Source: Candidatus Omnitrophota bacterium (GTDB lineage Bacteria; Omnitrophota; Gorgyraeia; 2-01-FULL-45-10). Taken from it: a DNA stretch of 64,000 bases. Position numbers and translations under genes: made by a program. The notes below the pieces were generated by a model. It was given only the letters and a program-made list of their open reading frames with translations. It did not search any database and was not told the DNA's origin. Shown in pieces: positions 40,301 to 49,800 of the stretch (its first letter is position 1; the number at the start of each line of letters is the position of its first letter). The DNA lies in contig JBAZUO010000003.1 in the NCBI GenBank assembly GCA_041661345.1, positions 28,719 to 92,718 on the forward strand, written 5' to 3'.

Positions 40301-40808
40301 CCAAAGAATTTGAATCTAAGGTTATTTTCGGACGGTTTGGCAGTGTTTCAGATTTCGGTTTTGCATCATTGTCAAGCCTGGTTATAACATATTCACCTTG
40401 CTCGGCTATAAATGCTACCCGATACAGGCTTGCAGGTTTATCCCTGAACTTGAATACACCTATCTGTTTTTCTCTATCGTAACTTACATACTCAACCGGG
40501 CCTAATTTCAGGTTTTCCTGTACAGCAGGCGCTTTTTCGTCCCAATATATTTTTCTTCTACCTTTATATCGATTTCTTAAAACTGAATTGACCGAGCGGA
40601 GATCCTCGCCTTTGTACAGTAGGATTGCGCCACAACGTATTTCGAATTCCGAAAGATTGGATAATGCGCGGCCTACGTTGGCATCCGGCTGGGTTAATTT
40701 AGGCGTGGCGAGGGAATCCGCATACACCAATTGCGTAAAGACCTGGCTCGATATTATAAACCAGGTCAGTACGCTAAAAAGTACCCGAGATTTTTTCATC
40801 CCGATCAT
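31398..40808 (-). CDS. Giant multidomain protein 1 (3,136 aa from ATG 40808): signal/anchor + ROK kinase-like + G1PDH/DHQS-like + 2x SIS + HExxH motif + GT35-like GT-B domain + wHTH-like + unassigned C-terminus
   Basis: Uninterrupted 9.4-kb frame. Start moved from 40913 to ATG 40808 (or 40799, MKKSRVLFSVLTWFIISSQVFTQLVYA), 10 nt after the stop of giant 2. The confidence value is for being a real CDS; the function is unknown. Domains are listed separately. Confidence 0.9.
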   Translation of the reverse strand: MIGMKKSRVLFSVLTWFIISSQVFTQLVYADSLATPKLTQPDANVGRALSNLSEFEIRCGAILLYKGEDLRSVNSVLRNRYKGRRKIYWDEKAPAVQENLKLGPVEYVSYDREKQIGVFKFRDKPASLYRVAFIAEQGEYVITRLDNDAKPKSETLPNRPKITLDSNSLVGRLSSNGDINYWDSAIAAVAQADPKSVTVKVLLERGENRLKVLRLNIPSVLFLKTNKDILAQYVSTAIYNTVVCEGATNIALFVDNKNTEKLLVGMIKADIDKRYARMPIYSNFGKPITISDSSDVAFTMDKELSPRLDLTDGAFKNKYYLGVDVGGTNIKTVVMYGDKVVYKDWTPVDKTGGGASLKDQIIECSKKASLWLGRESSKKVESIGLTFPSPIEIRRDGSFKVIRLTNFERFWAKARGGRTDFTGDYNALNSIADTIRTELDIQNIAVLNDADAFGFGEIYNRIRQGVDPRTIGTKIVLPIGTGPGYVKIKDGYIENIPNQGGHMVIDMSSDANKDPGCEVAGCYGGYVPKSAFEAMANKHGISKNELESLEPSIMQKTFEVESDIAGKIAAEAVALYKITQANEIVLAGGVSQQATGPRLAELANGIIKQKYPEYADKIKVTVTSSDPDLGGAVGAARYAIARGESLRGVNKPHWSMKYDLPVTTIGNNAAQRFFDESKDGNVRLLISKEAFTLMMSKKYAWLEKLVNENKIIFIDGYKTPDDLFAELSRMDFSTLAALGGGTLTDWAKYCAKKLKKEAVSIPSTLSTNGMFTEKAIFYKGVGGERNRISEEPGPMGRVVIDLGILRDMLSLRSATGISGDRANRAGSGDLISIYPALKDWELAAKDGKEDVDDVIFAAGQDILKLTSENAGDIRDNTDLGMIVLSEAMLEASLLNMRYGVSRPKDGSEHLLADRIEALMPADTPRLHCEIVGIASMIIGYLYSTEYDPHAFFDIKNMLESLGLPTDPAKLGLTKDVIVDALTSIKRRPDKYTFFDTPDGQITREWAAVIYERVFGSQQDEIDKFKFGLSYYVNNSIKAMYQHINEQVIPNLDADKTKELLDLLLETKRHGGRVIINAAGRVGEVAVFFQQKLRALGFQVDDFKEITPEFLVNENDLVLTFSGSGSTSSVVNNLKNVDMLHREKKLNKRIFSITATPDAPIWKTGPSYHSVMVIKGRTKDIASSVKKDPAAEYLPLSSTFEYSTMLYLEGIIEALIQGGANGLNKDEAAKIVRGVIGKTPSTIKDELKEKIMENEPLTGQFIDYLLSAVERNSDGTIKKGDNDKTYSKKGIFLFGLGQNNYVIRLFARRIQNIGFEVQVPGPRDIISAPHKGDIAIFISNSGARGQMEEKMLVAKEKECPTIFITAAPHSPMAAKADLVIPISRRPTVSHTVDIMENNSDCQAERDVKRTFELASMFYLEGVSVALMKVLGVTDKDLQHVPKEWELKGPKAPQSNPLIGDIIKSGGMVEFALEEGVMRGYQVNYVNGYKPGITDPNEYRGPPVNVTDNLTKDEIATLKEWIQTHQIDDKLVKFRVALGKTALGWNNDIDHSNIAHAGENDRVIYIGEGLLKHILARGNESLREEVLDKDEFQHLQGRGHGTDAEYRTRLDLVARQSIFAEQTSAPLIGRGFNSSELNNAPITHWEDNPIFVETIKSLEQTIREKAPREIRASLLIALRRYKEGIDGRQLGISPERYESTDRYYLGFGTSKSIGASPLFFTEGSSFYKHREEALCHELFHAMRQRRDDVEDAKTAAVTHVDAMRLTALLYWNLTDAEKLKIPYLDPRDLKNHSKNEFGKAVREWRLEQSKLAEKMALDDWKSLLVDLKSAIKISNKRRANTLFEFLEACDNSASAGDNAKYPIESRYPLLRAVMLLDKAEQDKLVDILKSNLAKRRNIRALPMVDSILLLLDEELPDNWLETQAPYLAGRSIWQASSEIWYAAGGLGRVMQFHGKAMKEILKKFNIKLRHIEPMYSKRPDPQNRNAWINLDYHSDVLSYPVIGELEVVERFPVTYGDLNHPRTTEAIVYRGYNELGIEVYLIKDRDDFVTGSIYRYGDGVTLPTWEQFTSFMSAATLELVRRVETKERAEHPDTWKAPILHNNDSQLSLTSLDRIRDDTFFMDGNGQRMRYCDDEVSKSIIMPGTTHTYKNRQEGSGEYGKRMLERGGVPSKYWNYAERDFNNVYDYASCLLRTSDWQGGVSRKHVQDVTVKDYWWPEMNIVAVTNGDDRPMTGVVFRKIMKELYPDIDVEHPTPEQFLTTKKKSKESFTLKQNPANNRYYSTSSSDEQQIRLNSEQTVWSYTGRLVPEKAGRNRALCDENIEEMVTNGAQIIIAGNVQSYDDSIQLERDLIALVARLRSKPGVTGRLIFIPYFNINEQRDIFAATDFGILDSDPNTEAAGGSETHFAVTGGLIIAPPWPNGEGILVDQGIPINLEVAGEGNTFIPDVNVTQDMLRKILRAEKEKDNPELNKVLDILRKAYLAEMRKGLAMSAQVRAVYQLSAIAISRVPVNRLTAAEYLRQWSMAAAKKEGLGIYNKSAMIQDAQPALAGSIKNGLETLLGMNEFFTKGVTFEDFENARLSKHDMHRTTAQVELNELEKLGLVVVDRSEKAYRYLARSELRGLAAAEIDIVKRELLAIAQLGRRQINDSDERAGVRNTVEKIIQKNVISRISAKTRKFLLEDFINDESNLFTENNTKIILKDLYQDVFKTNPKTTVADLIDYILSNPRDFAKRFSADKSWNLAKRSPREDVLFGLRFYLGAYYNDFFSSLLKIREFRAILPTNTLVRFVSNFNWSRAGWIRRLQVHPTIFAILDRLEKAAYFGEGYSILSDGDNETRNAIMGLLVWYAPEYVPLSMLKGNEAVQREALRKLMLSGVIAKDASFEFDTASGYLEGLKPLISKDFKTLNILPEDVAQKVGEAVRDVKAGTDEMADYIHRQGEGLDLSHNFIIMRKGLVESAVGVKALPEPVRERLAKIVKQGVSGLNGKEIIEVGTREELISAMNDIIGKDKEARIAVLDDDILTGGMDPREGIAGVKGQAGTNYCAITTGMIQGLDKTTIPFINIQAMALMGVGVLYEKMSLFEMAYNLFTGHEMPPDLVSDLAGRIKWLVKALPRIIKFTDEISSLERLKKLFEVSA
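33540..35010 (-). other. Domain in giant 1: GT-B fold, glycogen/maltodextrin-phosphorylase (GT35)-like, with the PLP-lysine position occupied by His
   Basis: WYAAGGLGRVMQF (compare GGLGRLAACF), GGVSRKHVQD (compare NGVAxLH), VTNGDD (compare TNG) and TEAAGGSETHFAVTGGLIIA (compare [20 protein letters not shown]). Confidence 0.6.
36515..36945 (-). other. Domain in giant 1: SIS domain 2
   Basis: IFLFGLGQNNYVIRLFARRIQNIGF..GDIAIFISNSGARGQ. Confidence 0.6.
37155..37645 (-). other. Domain in giant 1: SIS (sugar isomerase/sugar-phosphate binding) domain 1
   Basis: GGRVIINAAGRVGEVAVFFQQKLRALGF..DLVLTFSGSGSTSS is the classic SIS Rossmann-like pattern. Confidence 0.7.
37700..38680 (-). other. Domain in giant 1: glycerol-1-phosphate dehydrogenase / DHQS-like (Fe-ADH superfamily) fold
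   Basis: ALGGGTLTDWAKY, IPSTLSTNGMF, GSGDLISIYPALKDWELA, GSEHLLAD and RLHCEIVGI are colinear with the G1PDH/AraM pattern. The metal-binding Asp in the S-x-D-G position is Asn here. Confidence 0.55.
38880..39855 (-). other. Domain in giant 1: ROK/glucokinase-like sugar kinase
   Basis: YYLGVDVGGTNIKTVV is the ATP-binding DxGGT motif. GGHMVID..DPGCEVAGCYGGYV is a partial ROK His/Cys zinc motif, and the domain ends with GGAVGAARYAI. Confidence 0.75.
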
Positions 40809-40818
40809 ATTGATATCT

Positions 40819-43800
40819 TTACACGCTCCAGAGCAACTGACGCCTTTCACGCACGCCTTCGTCGGCCTTGTAAGGCTCGAGTTTAACCTGCAGGTGTTTG
40901 AGCAGGAAATCAACCCTTTGTTCGAACGAAATCAGGTCGGGTGACTTTGCCGCAACCAGGGCATTCAGCATATCCCAATCGATCGCCTTGTTGCCGGTCA
41001 ATTTTGACATCACAGTCTTCAACCATCCGGCCATCGCGGTCTTGTCCCGTATATCCTTTTCGGTAGTATTGCCGAGTATCACACCGGCCGATTCGATCTC
41101 CCTGATGAATGGAATGCCGCGGTTTTCGGCAAACTTTACATTGGGCAGGACCATTAACCTTGTATTCTTTAATAGCTTGTCGATTTCGCTATCTTTTTTA
41201 ATCGAATCAAATTCGTCTTCAGTGAGCTGGACGACATATGTCACACCCTTTTCGGCTCCGACGAGGCTTTTCAAATTATCTTTTAGTTTTTCTATACTGC
41301 TCGTCTCGATCGCCTTAACGTCGACCATGCCGTTTGAGATGGCGCTTAAGACATCTCTCTCATGTTTCCACGAACCCGGCGTATGCTCGTTTCCGCGCCT
41401 GAACGCCTTCTCGGTCGTGATCAGGTGCACCTTGTTGCTGCGCACTGTGGGAAGGTTCGCGCGTATCGCTTCGAAGCCGGTTATTACGAGAGACTCGGCT
41501 GATAGCGGGCGATAACTCGTGCTTACAACAGAGTCCTCCTCGGCCTTGATAGTGTAGCTGCCCATCTTCGCCAGCATAGGTATCTGTTTTCCAAGCTCTG
41601 CCGTAAAGGGTTCGCCCTTTTCCGGAGTAACCGTAACTTTGCCTTTTTCGACAAAAATAACATGATATGTTTCCGGCGGTATCAGGGCGCCGCTTGCTAC
41701 AGAATGACCTGCCGATATCGTATACCTGCCTCCGACAAAACCTTCGGTCATACCCATAATTTCCGCTCTTGCTACATTCTGAGTCGCCTCTTCGCTTGCG
41801 AGAATGGATGGGAATTCGAGATCCTTCGGCTCGATCCGGTTCAAACTGCCGTTGGCAACGAGCGTATCCAATATCTTATCGATCTTGGCCTGGTCCAGGC
41901 CGGTTATATTATTAGCCGCGTCCTTCGTGACCATAGTAAGAAGGTCTTTATTTTCACGCAGAAGTTTTGACTCGATCAATTTTTTCGCCGCTTCCACTGG
42001 TATATTTTCGGCTACTATCGCGGCAACCTTCGCCATGTCTTCGGCGCTTAGCTTCAGCCAATCGCCGAATGATGTGGTGCGCTTACTATCCTGAGACGCA
42101 GGCACATCTTTTGATTCTGATACGAAATTGTCCGCATCATACGCATGAATAGTGAACGCGGGTATCACATAGAGCTTATCCTTTTCGACCTTCACACGAT
42201 GGAATATGCTTCTATCGTGGGCTTTCATTGCCGCGGCAAACTCATCGCGGGTCAAAGACTTCTTGAGCCCGACATACGCGTAACCATCTTGAAGGGGTCG
42301 TATCATCTCGACAAAATCATGTATCTGTATCGAGAGGGTCTTTGCCGAGGCAAGGCGTTTATTCGTAATACCGCTGTCGATGCCTACCTCCTGCACATGC
42401 CTTGCGCCGTATACTTCGTTGGGCCAGAACGCGCCCAGCACTTCTACGGGTAAGAGATATCCTGTCCCCACATCGATATCGCCGGCGCCTTCCCAAAGCT
42501 CGGCAAGAACCTCGCCAACCTTGATCTCTTCCTTAAGCCACTCATCGAAAGGCGATTTCTCTCCGGGGATCTTATTATATTCTTTCTCGTATGCGGCCTT
42601 CTGTTGAGCCGTCAAGTTGTTCATTACCGTCTCAATCTGTTCTTCCAGGGTAGCCTTTCCCAACTGCTCAAGTATAGGATTGAGCACCTGTGCCCCAGCC
42701 TTTTGGGTCACTATCGGGTTTCCCCATGTATATCCGTCTATGCCCAGCCTCATGAAGAGCCGCTGGACTATAGGCTGACCGGAGTGAATAATCTGGTCCA
42801 GGGTTTCGAGCGCTTTGACATAATCTTTAATGTCTTTAGGCTCCACCGGCTTCAATTGACCGGCCGTCTTTGCTGTTCTGGGCCTTATAGCTAACTGGGC
42901 TATGAATGCATCGATCATAACGCTTCCACTTGTAACGATATCGGTTAATTGCCTAAAACTGTTTACTCCGAATATTTCGAAGAGATCATTATATGGAACA
43001 AGCTGAATAACGTCCAGCGCTTTTTCATTGACCTTGATAAGCGCGGGAGATCCTTTACCGTAGCTAACGATCGTATAGCCGGCCTGTGAAGGTTTTTCAT
43101 GGGTGATTGCGTGTTCTATTATCGCGAGATTGTCATTAATAACCTGCTCGATTGTTTTACCGGCCACATTAGTTTTTAAGCCGGGGTTAAAATTCAATAC
43201 ATGCGCCGGCGCAAGTCTCGCGCTGACGTCGTTAAAGACGGCTATGCGGCTTATCGGTGAAATGTAATCGACAGAGCCGGGAATGGATAATGCGGCCTCA
43301 CCCTCCCCTATATTTTGCGCATAGTTGGCCGTCATCTCTCCTTTGGTGTTGTAAATATCCGAGAACTGCACCATTTGGCCTCTGACCATACGTTTCATAT
43401 CCAGCTTATCCGACTGGAAGTGCCCTCTGCCGGTCGAGATATGTTGTATGGAGCCGGGAAGCCTGTTATGTAAAAATACCGTCGTGTGCATACCGCTTAC
43501 ATGTAGCATCGTATACATTACGAGCCTATCGAGCTTATCCTTATTCTCGGCATAAACTGCTTCTGGAATTATATTCTCGCCGTTCTTGCCGAGCTTCGAG
43601 ACGCTCTCCGCACCGCGCCAGTAGATGCCTTCAGCGCCTTCTTTTATAGCGACTACCATTCCCCCAGGTATCGACAGTCCGTTAATATAGCTCGGCCCCC
43701 TGACAGCGTCCGGCGCTTTTAACATTTCGGCGAGGTTTGTGGTAAGGGTGATCTTCTCTGCCCCCTTTATGCCGTTATCGATCAGGTTCTGGAGCGCGAT

Positions 43801-46800
43801 CGTATTACCTACCATTATCTGAAGGCCCTTCGCTACATTTATATCTTTTATGGTCAGAGCCCGTTCGGACATCGCCGCGTAGACCCTCTCGAATACCGGC
43901 CACGCCGCATTCCGCTCTTCCTGCGTCATCGCCGCGTATCGCTTGTTCAATTCATTCGATACGACAGCCAACGCGTCCAGATACCGGGGTTCTTCAATAT
44001 ATTTGAACATTTCGCTTACAACTTCATCACCGGTTGCATAATTTCCTAATATCGAGGTCATAATTCTATCCATATCCTTCTGCGCAAGTGGCGCAATTTC
44101 AGGCGCATTTATTTCCTGCGGCGGTGAAAGCCTGGAGAATTCCTCAATGGCCATTTCCAATTCCGCGATGCGGACAGGATCCTGCGATTCCTGTACCACC
44201 GGTAGAATCTGTTTCAAAAATCCGGCGGGGCTTTCTTGGACTAAGGTTATAAAGTATTCGAGCTTATCCTGCGGTATCACATTTAATTCGTCCCTAAGAA
44301 CCTTTAGAGCAGTATCGCTGACCCCAAGCTGTATCTTGAGTTCTGCCACAAGGGACTTTATCTGATTGGAGCGTTGTCTGTCAAAAGCGGAAACAGCGTA
44401 TATGCCGGGGGTAGTCTCTTGCTGAACGGTTTTCTGTTGGGCATTAGAGGCCGTCGTGCTCGTTCCTGCTGCGAAGTCCTGTATTAGATGCACGAGAACG
44501 CCTGTACCCGACATCTTCGCGGCATCTTTTAATTCATTGGCACGCGCCTGCGTACTCGCTTCAGCATACATCCTGAACTGTGCAGCATTGCCTGACGGCC
44601 TAAGATGCACAATCTCGCCGTCTATATTATTAAGGTATATGCGGACTCCGTCAAGGTAATTTATCCTGTTGATGCCGACTCCTTTTAATCCGGGCAGCAT
44701 ATTTATGTAATTCTGCAGCCGTTGCGTTATCTTTTTGGCAGAATCGGCAAGTTCGGCCGGAGCCTCCCGCCTTTCTTCTGAGTCCTCCGTCGTGTAATAG
44801 ACCTTACCGTCTTCAAATATTATATTCGTAATTCTGGCTGCGTCCGGAGACTTCGGTGTAAAGCTCGCGACTATAGCAGGCCCCATTTCGGCTTTGTAAA
44901 CTTCACATCCGGGTGTGCATTTGCCTCCCGGCACATTTTCCACAAGCCCGGCAGCGGCGTAACTCTCATACTCACCCGAGAATTCGCTGGCAATTAGCTG
45001 GGAGACCGACATATTCTTCTGCATAGCGAGCAGCATTGCCGATAGCATAGGCAGAAACGCATCTCTGGTAGGTAAGGATTTTAACACCTTACCGTTAGAC
45101 ATTGTAAGATCGGACATAAGTATATAGCCGCCGTTACATTCAAAACCTGCTTTTCTGGTTAACTTTCCACCAGCTGCAATTTCTCGTTCTTCCTGCCTCA
45201 TCGCGGCTTCTATAACATACGGCGAACCTACGCGTGTGTTTACAACTTGTATCCCATATTTTTTTGACATCAATTTGAGCGCATTCGTATTAGCGGTAAC
45301 AGGCAAATCGGTAAATTCGACGCCCAGGAATATATTCGTAAGTACGCCGAGTTTATCGCCGTAGAGAAATTCTCCGTTTTCATCGCAGAATACCGGCCTA
45401 TCGGAATCACCGTCAAAGGTTATGATAGCAAACGGCTTCGTCCCGATCTCTTTTTCGTATTCTTTGGAATAACGGCGCATCCTATCTTTTACTTCGTCGC
45501 TTAAGTTTTCCGTGTCAACCGACGCAAATTCTTCAGCGGAATCTTTGCGGATAACAGTTGCTCCTAATGCTTCAAAGACCAGAGGAATGATATCTCTTCC
45601 AACTGCCGACTGCTGCCAGCAGATTATAGTCTTTCCTTTTAAAGGCTGGCCGAAGGCCTCAACATACCTATTTAAGTACAACGCATCCGCAGGAGAAAGT
45701 TTCAGGTCAGACGGCATCGTCCCGGTCTTTGGGACTGATACGATCTTCGTATTCTTAACGTTGCTAAGCGCAAGGCTGCCATTCGGATCCTCAAGGACTA
45801 ACTCACCAGCTCTTCTCAAAAGATCCGCGCTGGCTGGATCCGCCAACTCGTTAATACCCCTGAGAGCTCCGTTAAAATCGAACATCGAATCTTCCCAACT
45901 CTTGGCATACTCCTCCTGCCTTACTGCAGTTATATATTTTGCCAAAAGCGGCTCTTCAAGCTTCAGCAATTCACCGTTCAAACGGTCTGTCTTCACGCCA
46001 TTCTCGTTCTTCGGATTATGGCTTGCTGTAACTTCGGAATTGGTCATGGGATTATTGCTATTAAGGCCATAATTCGCTATTACCGGCGAAGCTGTTAATC
46101 CCTGAAAATCTACCTTCACTCCTTCAGCCAATGCGGCTAAAGCTATAGCTCTACAGAGGCGCACCGTGGACTCCCTGCGGTCTCCGCCTAATGCAAACAC
46201 TCCGTCGTTCGCCGGTAACGCACCTGCAATAACCTGGGACAGCACATAATCATTGTTCAGGTTTTGAATATCTTTAGCTGCGCAGAGATAACGCAGTTCG
46301 GCTCTCAAGTTGATATAAACTTCTAAATCTGTAAGAACAAAATTGACCGGATCGTTAATATTTGCGTTGCCCCTCAGGCCGCTAGTGCCCATCTTGACGG
46401 GTTTGAACTTAGTCTTGCAATATTCGGCCCTGTTTAACGCGGAACATACTTTAAGCATGGCAAGCCTTCTGGCTAAATCAAATATGCGTTCATTCGCGGC
46501 TTTGCCGCACGGCAAATTTCTTATGTCACCGAATGAATACGCGTTGTCTCCGAATTTTACGCCATCCGACATTTTTGCTGCCAAGGCCTTGTCTGCCGGC
46601 TTCGGATCGTAGCCTACCGGACCTCTCATTCTCGTATGGCCATCTTGGAATCTGGCATCCCTTATGACAGGCCTGTACGCATCAGCAACTATCTCTTTCT
46701 TAGCAGGTATCTCTTTTTCGTCAAGGGCATTGATAATTATACTGTTATACGCGCTTATCATCGATGATGTTGAAGATTCGACATATGAATTTTGTGCCTG

Positions 46801-49800
46801 GATTAACCCCTGGGAATTATTGATAACACTGCTTAAGATAACGGAACCCGGCAGAAGAACGGTGTTGCCCTGTATAATAGAACCTCTCACCCTAACTCCG
46901 TAACCTTCCCAGCCGTTACGAACCTGCTCGGCGTTAAGAGTGACCCTGTGGCCGCTGACTTCGAATACGCACACCGCGTCATCTTTTATCGACCTCAGCC
47001 TACGGGCGTCCTCAGCTCTTACTTTATCCCACACGTTCGGCTGGGTCTTCGTCGCATCGCCGTTAGGTTCCAGAGCAATGTTGGTTCCCGCCAGATCTGC
47101 GAGCATAAAGAACTTCTCGTTGCCCATATCGAGCAATCTCTTATACGCGAACCAATGGCTGGACGGGCCGAAGTCTATGATGCCGAATCCTTTCGAAAGA
47201 TTGACTTTGTGTTTGTACCTTATAAAGAACTCTATCGTCTCATATATGGCATTCATGTTATCGGGTTTGCCTGCATCAAGTTCTTTCTTGGCTTTATTAT
47301 GAAGGTCTTCTAATACAGCCTTGTACTCTGGACTCATTATGTTTATCAATGCGTTATACGCCTTGTCTAAAACCGCATTTTTATAGGAACCGAAAACGGA
47401 ATTCAAATCTGCGATGCTTGGAAGCTTACCTAACATGGCCTCTTTGCCTATAATTCCATTCACTAACGGAACCATGATCTGGGTCATGTGCGGATCTATC
47501 TCTCGCGATATTCCGGCCCTTCCTTCTTTATCGCCACCCATGACATGGAATATATTTTTGACATCGCGCCAGTATTCTAAAAGTGCATTCTGCATATCGA
47601 GGCTCATGCTGAATGAGCCGTAATCGAAATATGCCCTTCCCTCGCGAGCCGCTTCCATCAGTTCGTTGTATTGAGCCTGCCAGTCCGGGTTGGGAATGTA
47701 TTTACCGTCCGGGCCCTTCATGGTAAGCCTCTTATTTCCGATGAATTTCAATATTCGGCCGTCTTTAGTCGCGATCAAAGTACCGTAATCGAACAGGTCC
47801 TTCATGTCCGGATTGGCGGGCAGAGCTACTGCAAATTTATTGAAAACGTAATCGTGGCGTTCTGTGCTAGGTGCTGTTCCAAACTCTATCTGGTTAGCCC
47901 AGTAAACATCATGGCGCGTGCCGTCATTAGAAGCCGCATTATAGGAAGTACTCAAAATTACCGCCAGAAGAAGATTCAATTCAACCGGCTCGCCCTGTTT
48001 ATTGAATATATTGCCCACAAGCAGCTGATCTGCTCTCGAGAGATTAAGCGCCTGCCCCGCAGGAGAGAATCTCTCTGCCTTGCCGCCGTTATGGTATGTA
48101 ACGATCTTGGATCTTTTCTGGGACTGGAGTTTCGCGAGGTCTGTCTCCGGCAGATTATTGTCGCGGGCCCATTTCTTGAACGCTTTGCAAGCTTCGACCC
48201 ACGTATTATCCTGTCCTATAAGGTTATTACCCTCTGAGGAATCGAGCACCGAAAGGACGCATACCTTATTACCCATATCCTTGTTCGATGTTTTAACACC
48301 TTTGAAAACTTTTTCGAGCTTTGCCTGCTGGTCTTTTGCTTCGCCTTCGGTCGTGGAGCTTATAATAATGACATCGTAGCCGTTATAGGGCTCAGTCAGT
48401 ACTTTCTTTATCCGGTCTATATTATTTCTACGCTCATAAACTGTCTTGGCAAACTCACCGGCCTCATATGATTTGCCTTCATTCCTTAGCCTTACTATCT
48501 CATCGCGGGCGGCCGTACCATAATTACTGTCGGTAAGGACAGTCTCTTCTATCTGATAGACAGCGTTTCGTTTCCGCTCTTCATCTATATTCGCAAGAAA
48601 TTGCCTTATAGTCATATTACCGCGCAGCCAACCATATGCTTTCCTGGTGTCAGCGCCCGGTACGCGACGATCGACAATAAGTTCCTCGTCTACGCCTGGG
48701 CTTCTCAAGGCTGCCCTGTAGGCTTCTGAATTTTCTTTGTTGGCAATCTGTATGTGGGCGAGCTCATGCGTACCGATAATTCTAAGCGCTTCTTTCAAGC
48801 CTGCATTCGTCAGGTTTTCGAATCTGAATGCGCTTATGTGGCCCTGCCTTAAACCATGCTGGAACACTTCGCCGCCTCTTCCGGGATGCACCCTATCTGT
48901 CGGAAGATTCGTACCGTGTTCCTTATTATATTTTTCAATTCTCGCTTCGAGGCCGTAATGAACTACAAACTGGAAATCACCCAGCTCCGTGAAACCGAGC
49001 TCTTTTGCTGTAACTATCTTGTAGGTCTTATCCGCGAAGCTCTGGCGCAGTATCTCATCCATCATCCGTGCTTCTTTGTATGTAAGCTCTTTCGCGGCTA
49101 AATTATCGCCATCGATAGCCTTCGTGCCCGGGCTCGACTCATCGGATTGCACGGCGCCATCCCGGCGAGCTTTCAAGTTCCTGCGCTCTGCCACTTCCGC
49201 CGCACGCGCCGTAAACTCCTTTTCGAATCTTTCACGAATGGACGGAAACTCGGCTTTTACCATCTCTACCAGGGCTTTTCTGACATCGGAATTTACCCTG
49301 TATCTGGCGCATCTATTATTTATCTCATCTATGATGGAGGCCTCTATTTCATTCTGCGTCTTAAGCCCTCCAACCTCTTTAAGCATGTGCGCAACGATAC
49401 CATTTATATTTATTGCGGCTGTTTTTACACCGTCGATCTCTATCGCGGCCCACCCATTCCTGAAATCCAAATGCCTGTCCACGGGCGTACGGCCATCGGG
49501 GCCGGGAATAAATTCGCTTTTCAACTTTTCAAGCCCTTTGGGACTGAGCGCAATCCACTGCGTCATCAGCTGTGCCGCCACCGATCCTTCTTTGGCATGG
49601 GCAGTGCCGACCAATATATTTTCGAGAGGTGTCCTCTGGTTAGTTAAAATTTCGATATACGGCGTGGGGACGTCCTTAGTGATGGACGGGCAGACGACCA
49701 TATAGGAGACGCCTTCTTTTTCCAGAAGTTTCGCGATGCCTTCCGAGTGGAAGCCGCCTGTGACAAGGACCGCGATATTCTGCTTCTCTTTCTTCATCGC

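Noticed and set aside
40809-40913. ORF-track start of giant 1 at 40913, giving 3,171 aa
   Set aside because: It would overlap giant 2 by 95 nt and would add a Cys/Ser-rich peptide ahead of the signal-like segment. ATG 40808 or 40799, just after the upstream stop, is more plausible.
30973-49705. Many long plus-strand ORFs inside the minus-strand genes, e.g. 30973-31587 (204 aa), 38796-39527 (243 aa), 40898-41515 (205 aa), 45512-46072 (186 aa), 47671-48237 (188 aa) and 49076-49705 (209 aa)
   Set aside because: All lie antisense to reading frames that carry clear enzyme motifs. Their products are Ser/Arg/Leu-rich shadow-frame sequences without motifs or RBS. Long antisense ORFs are expected opposite 10-kb genes.
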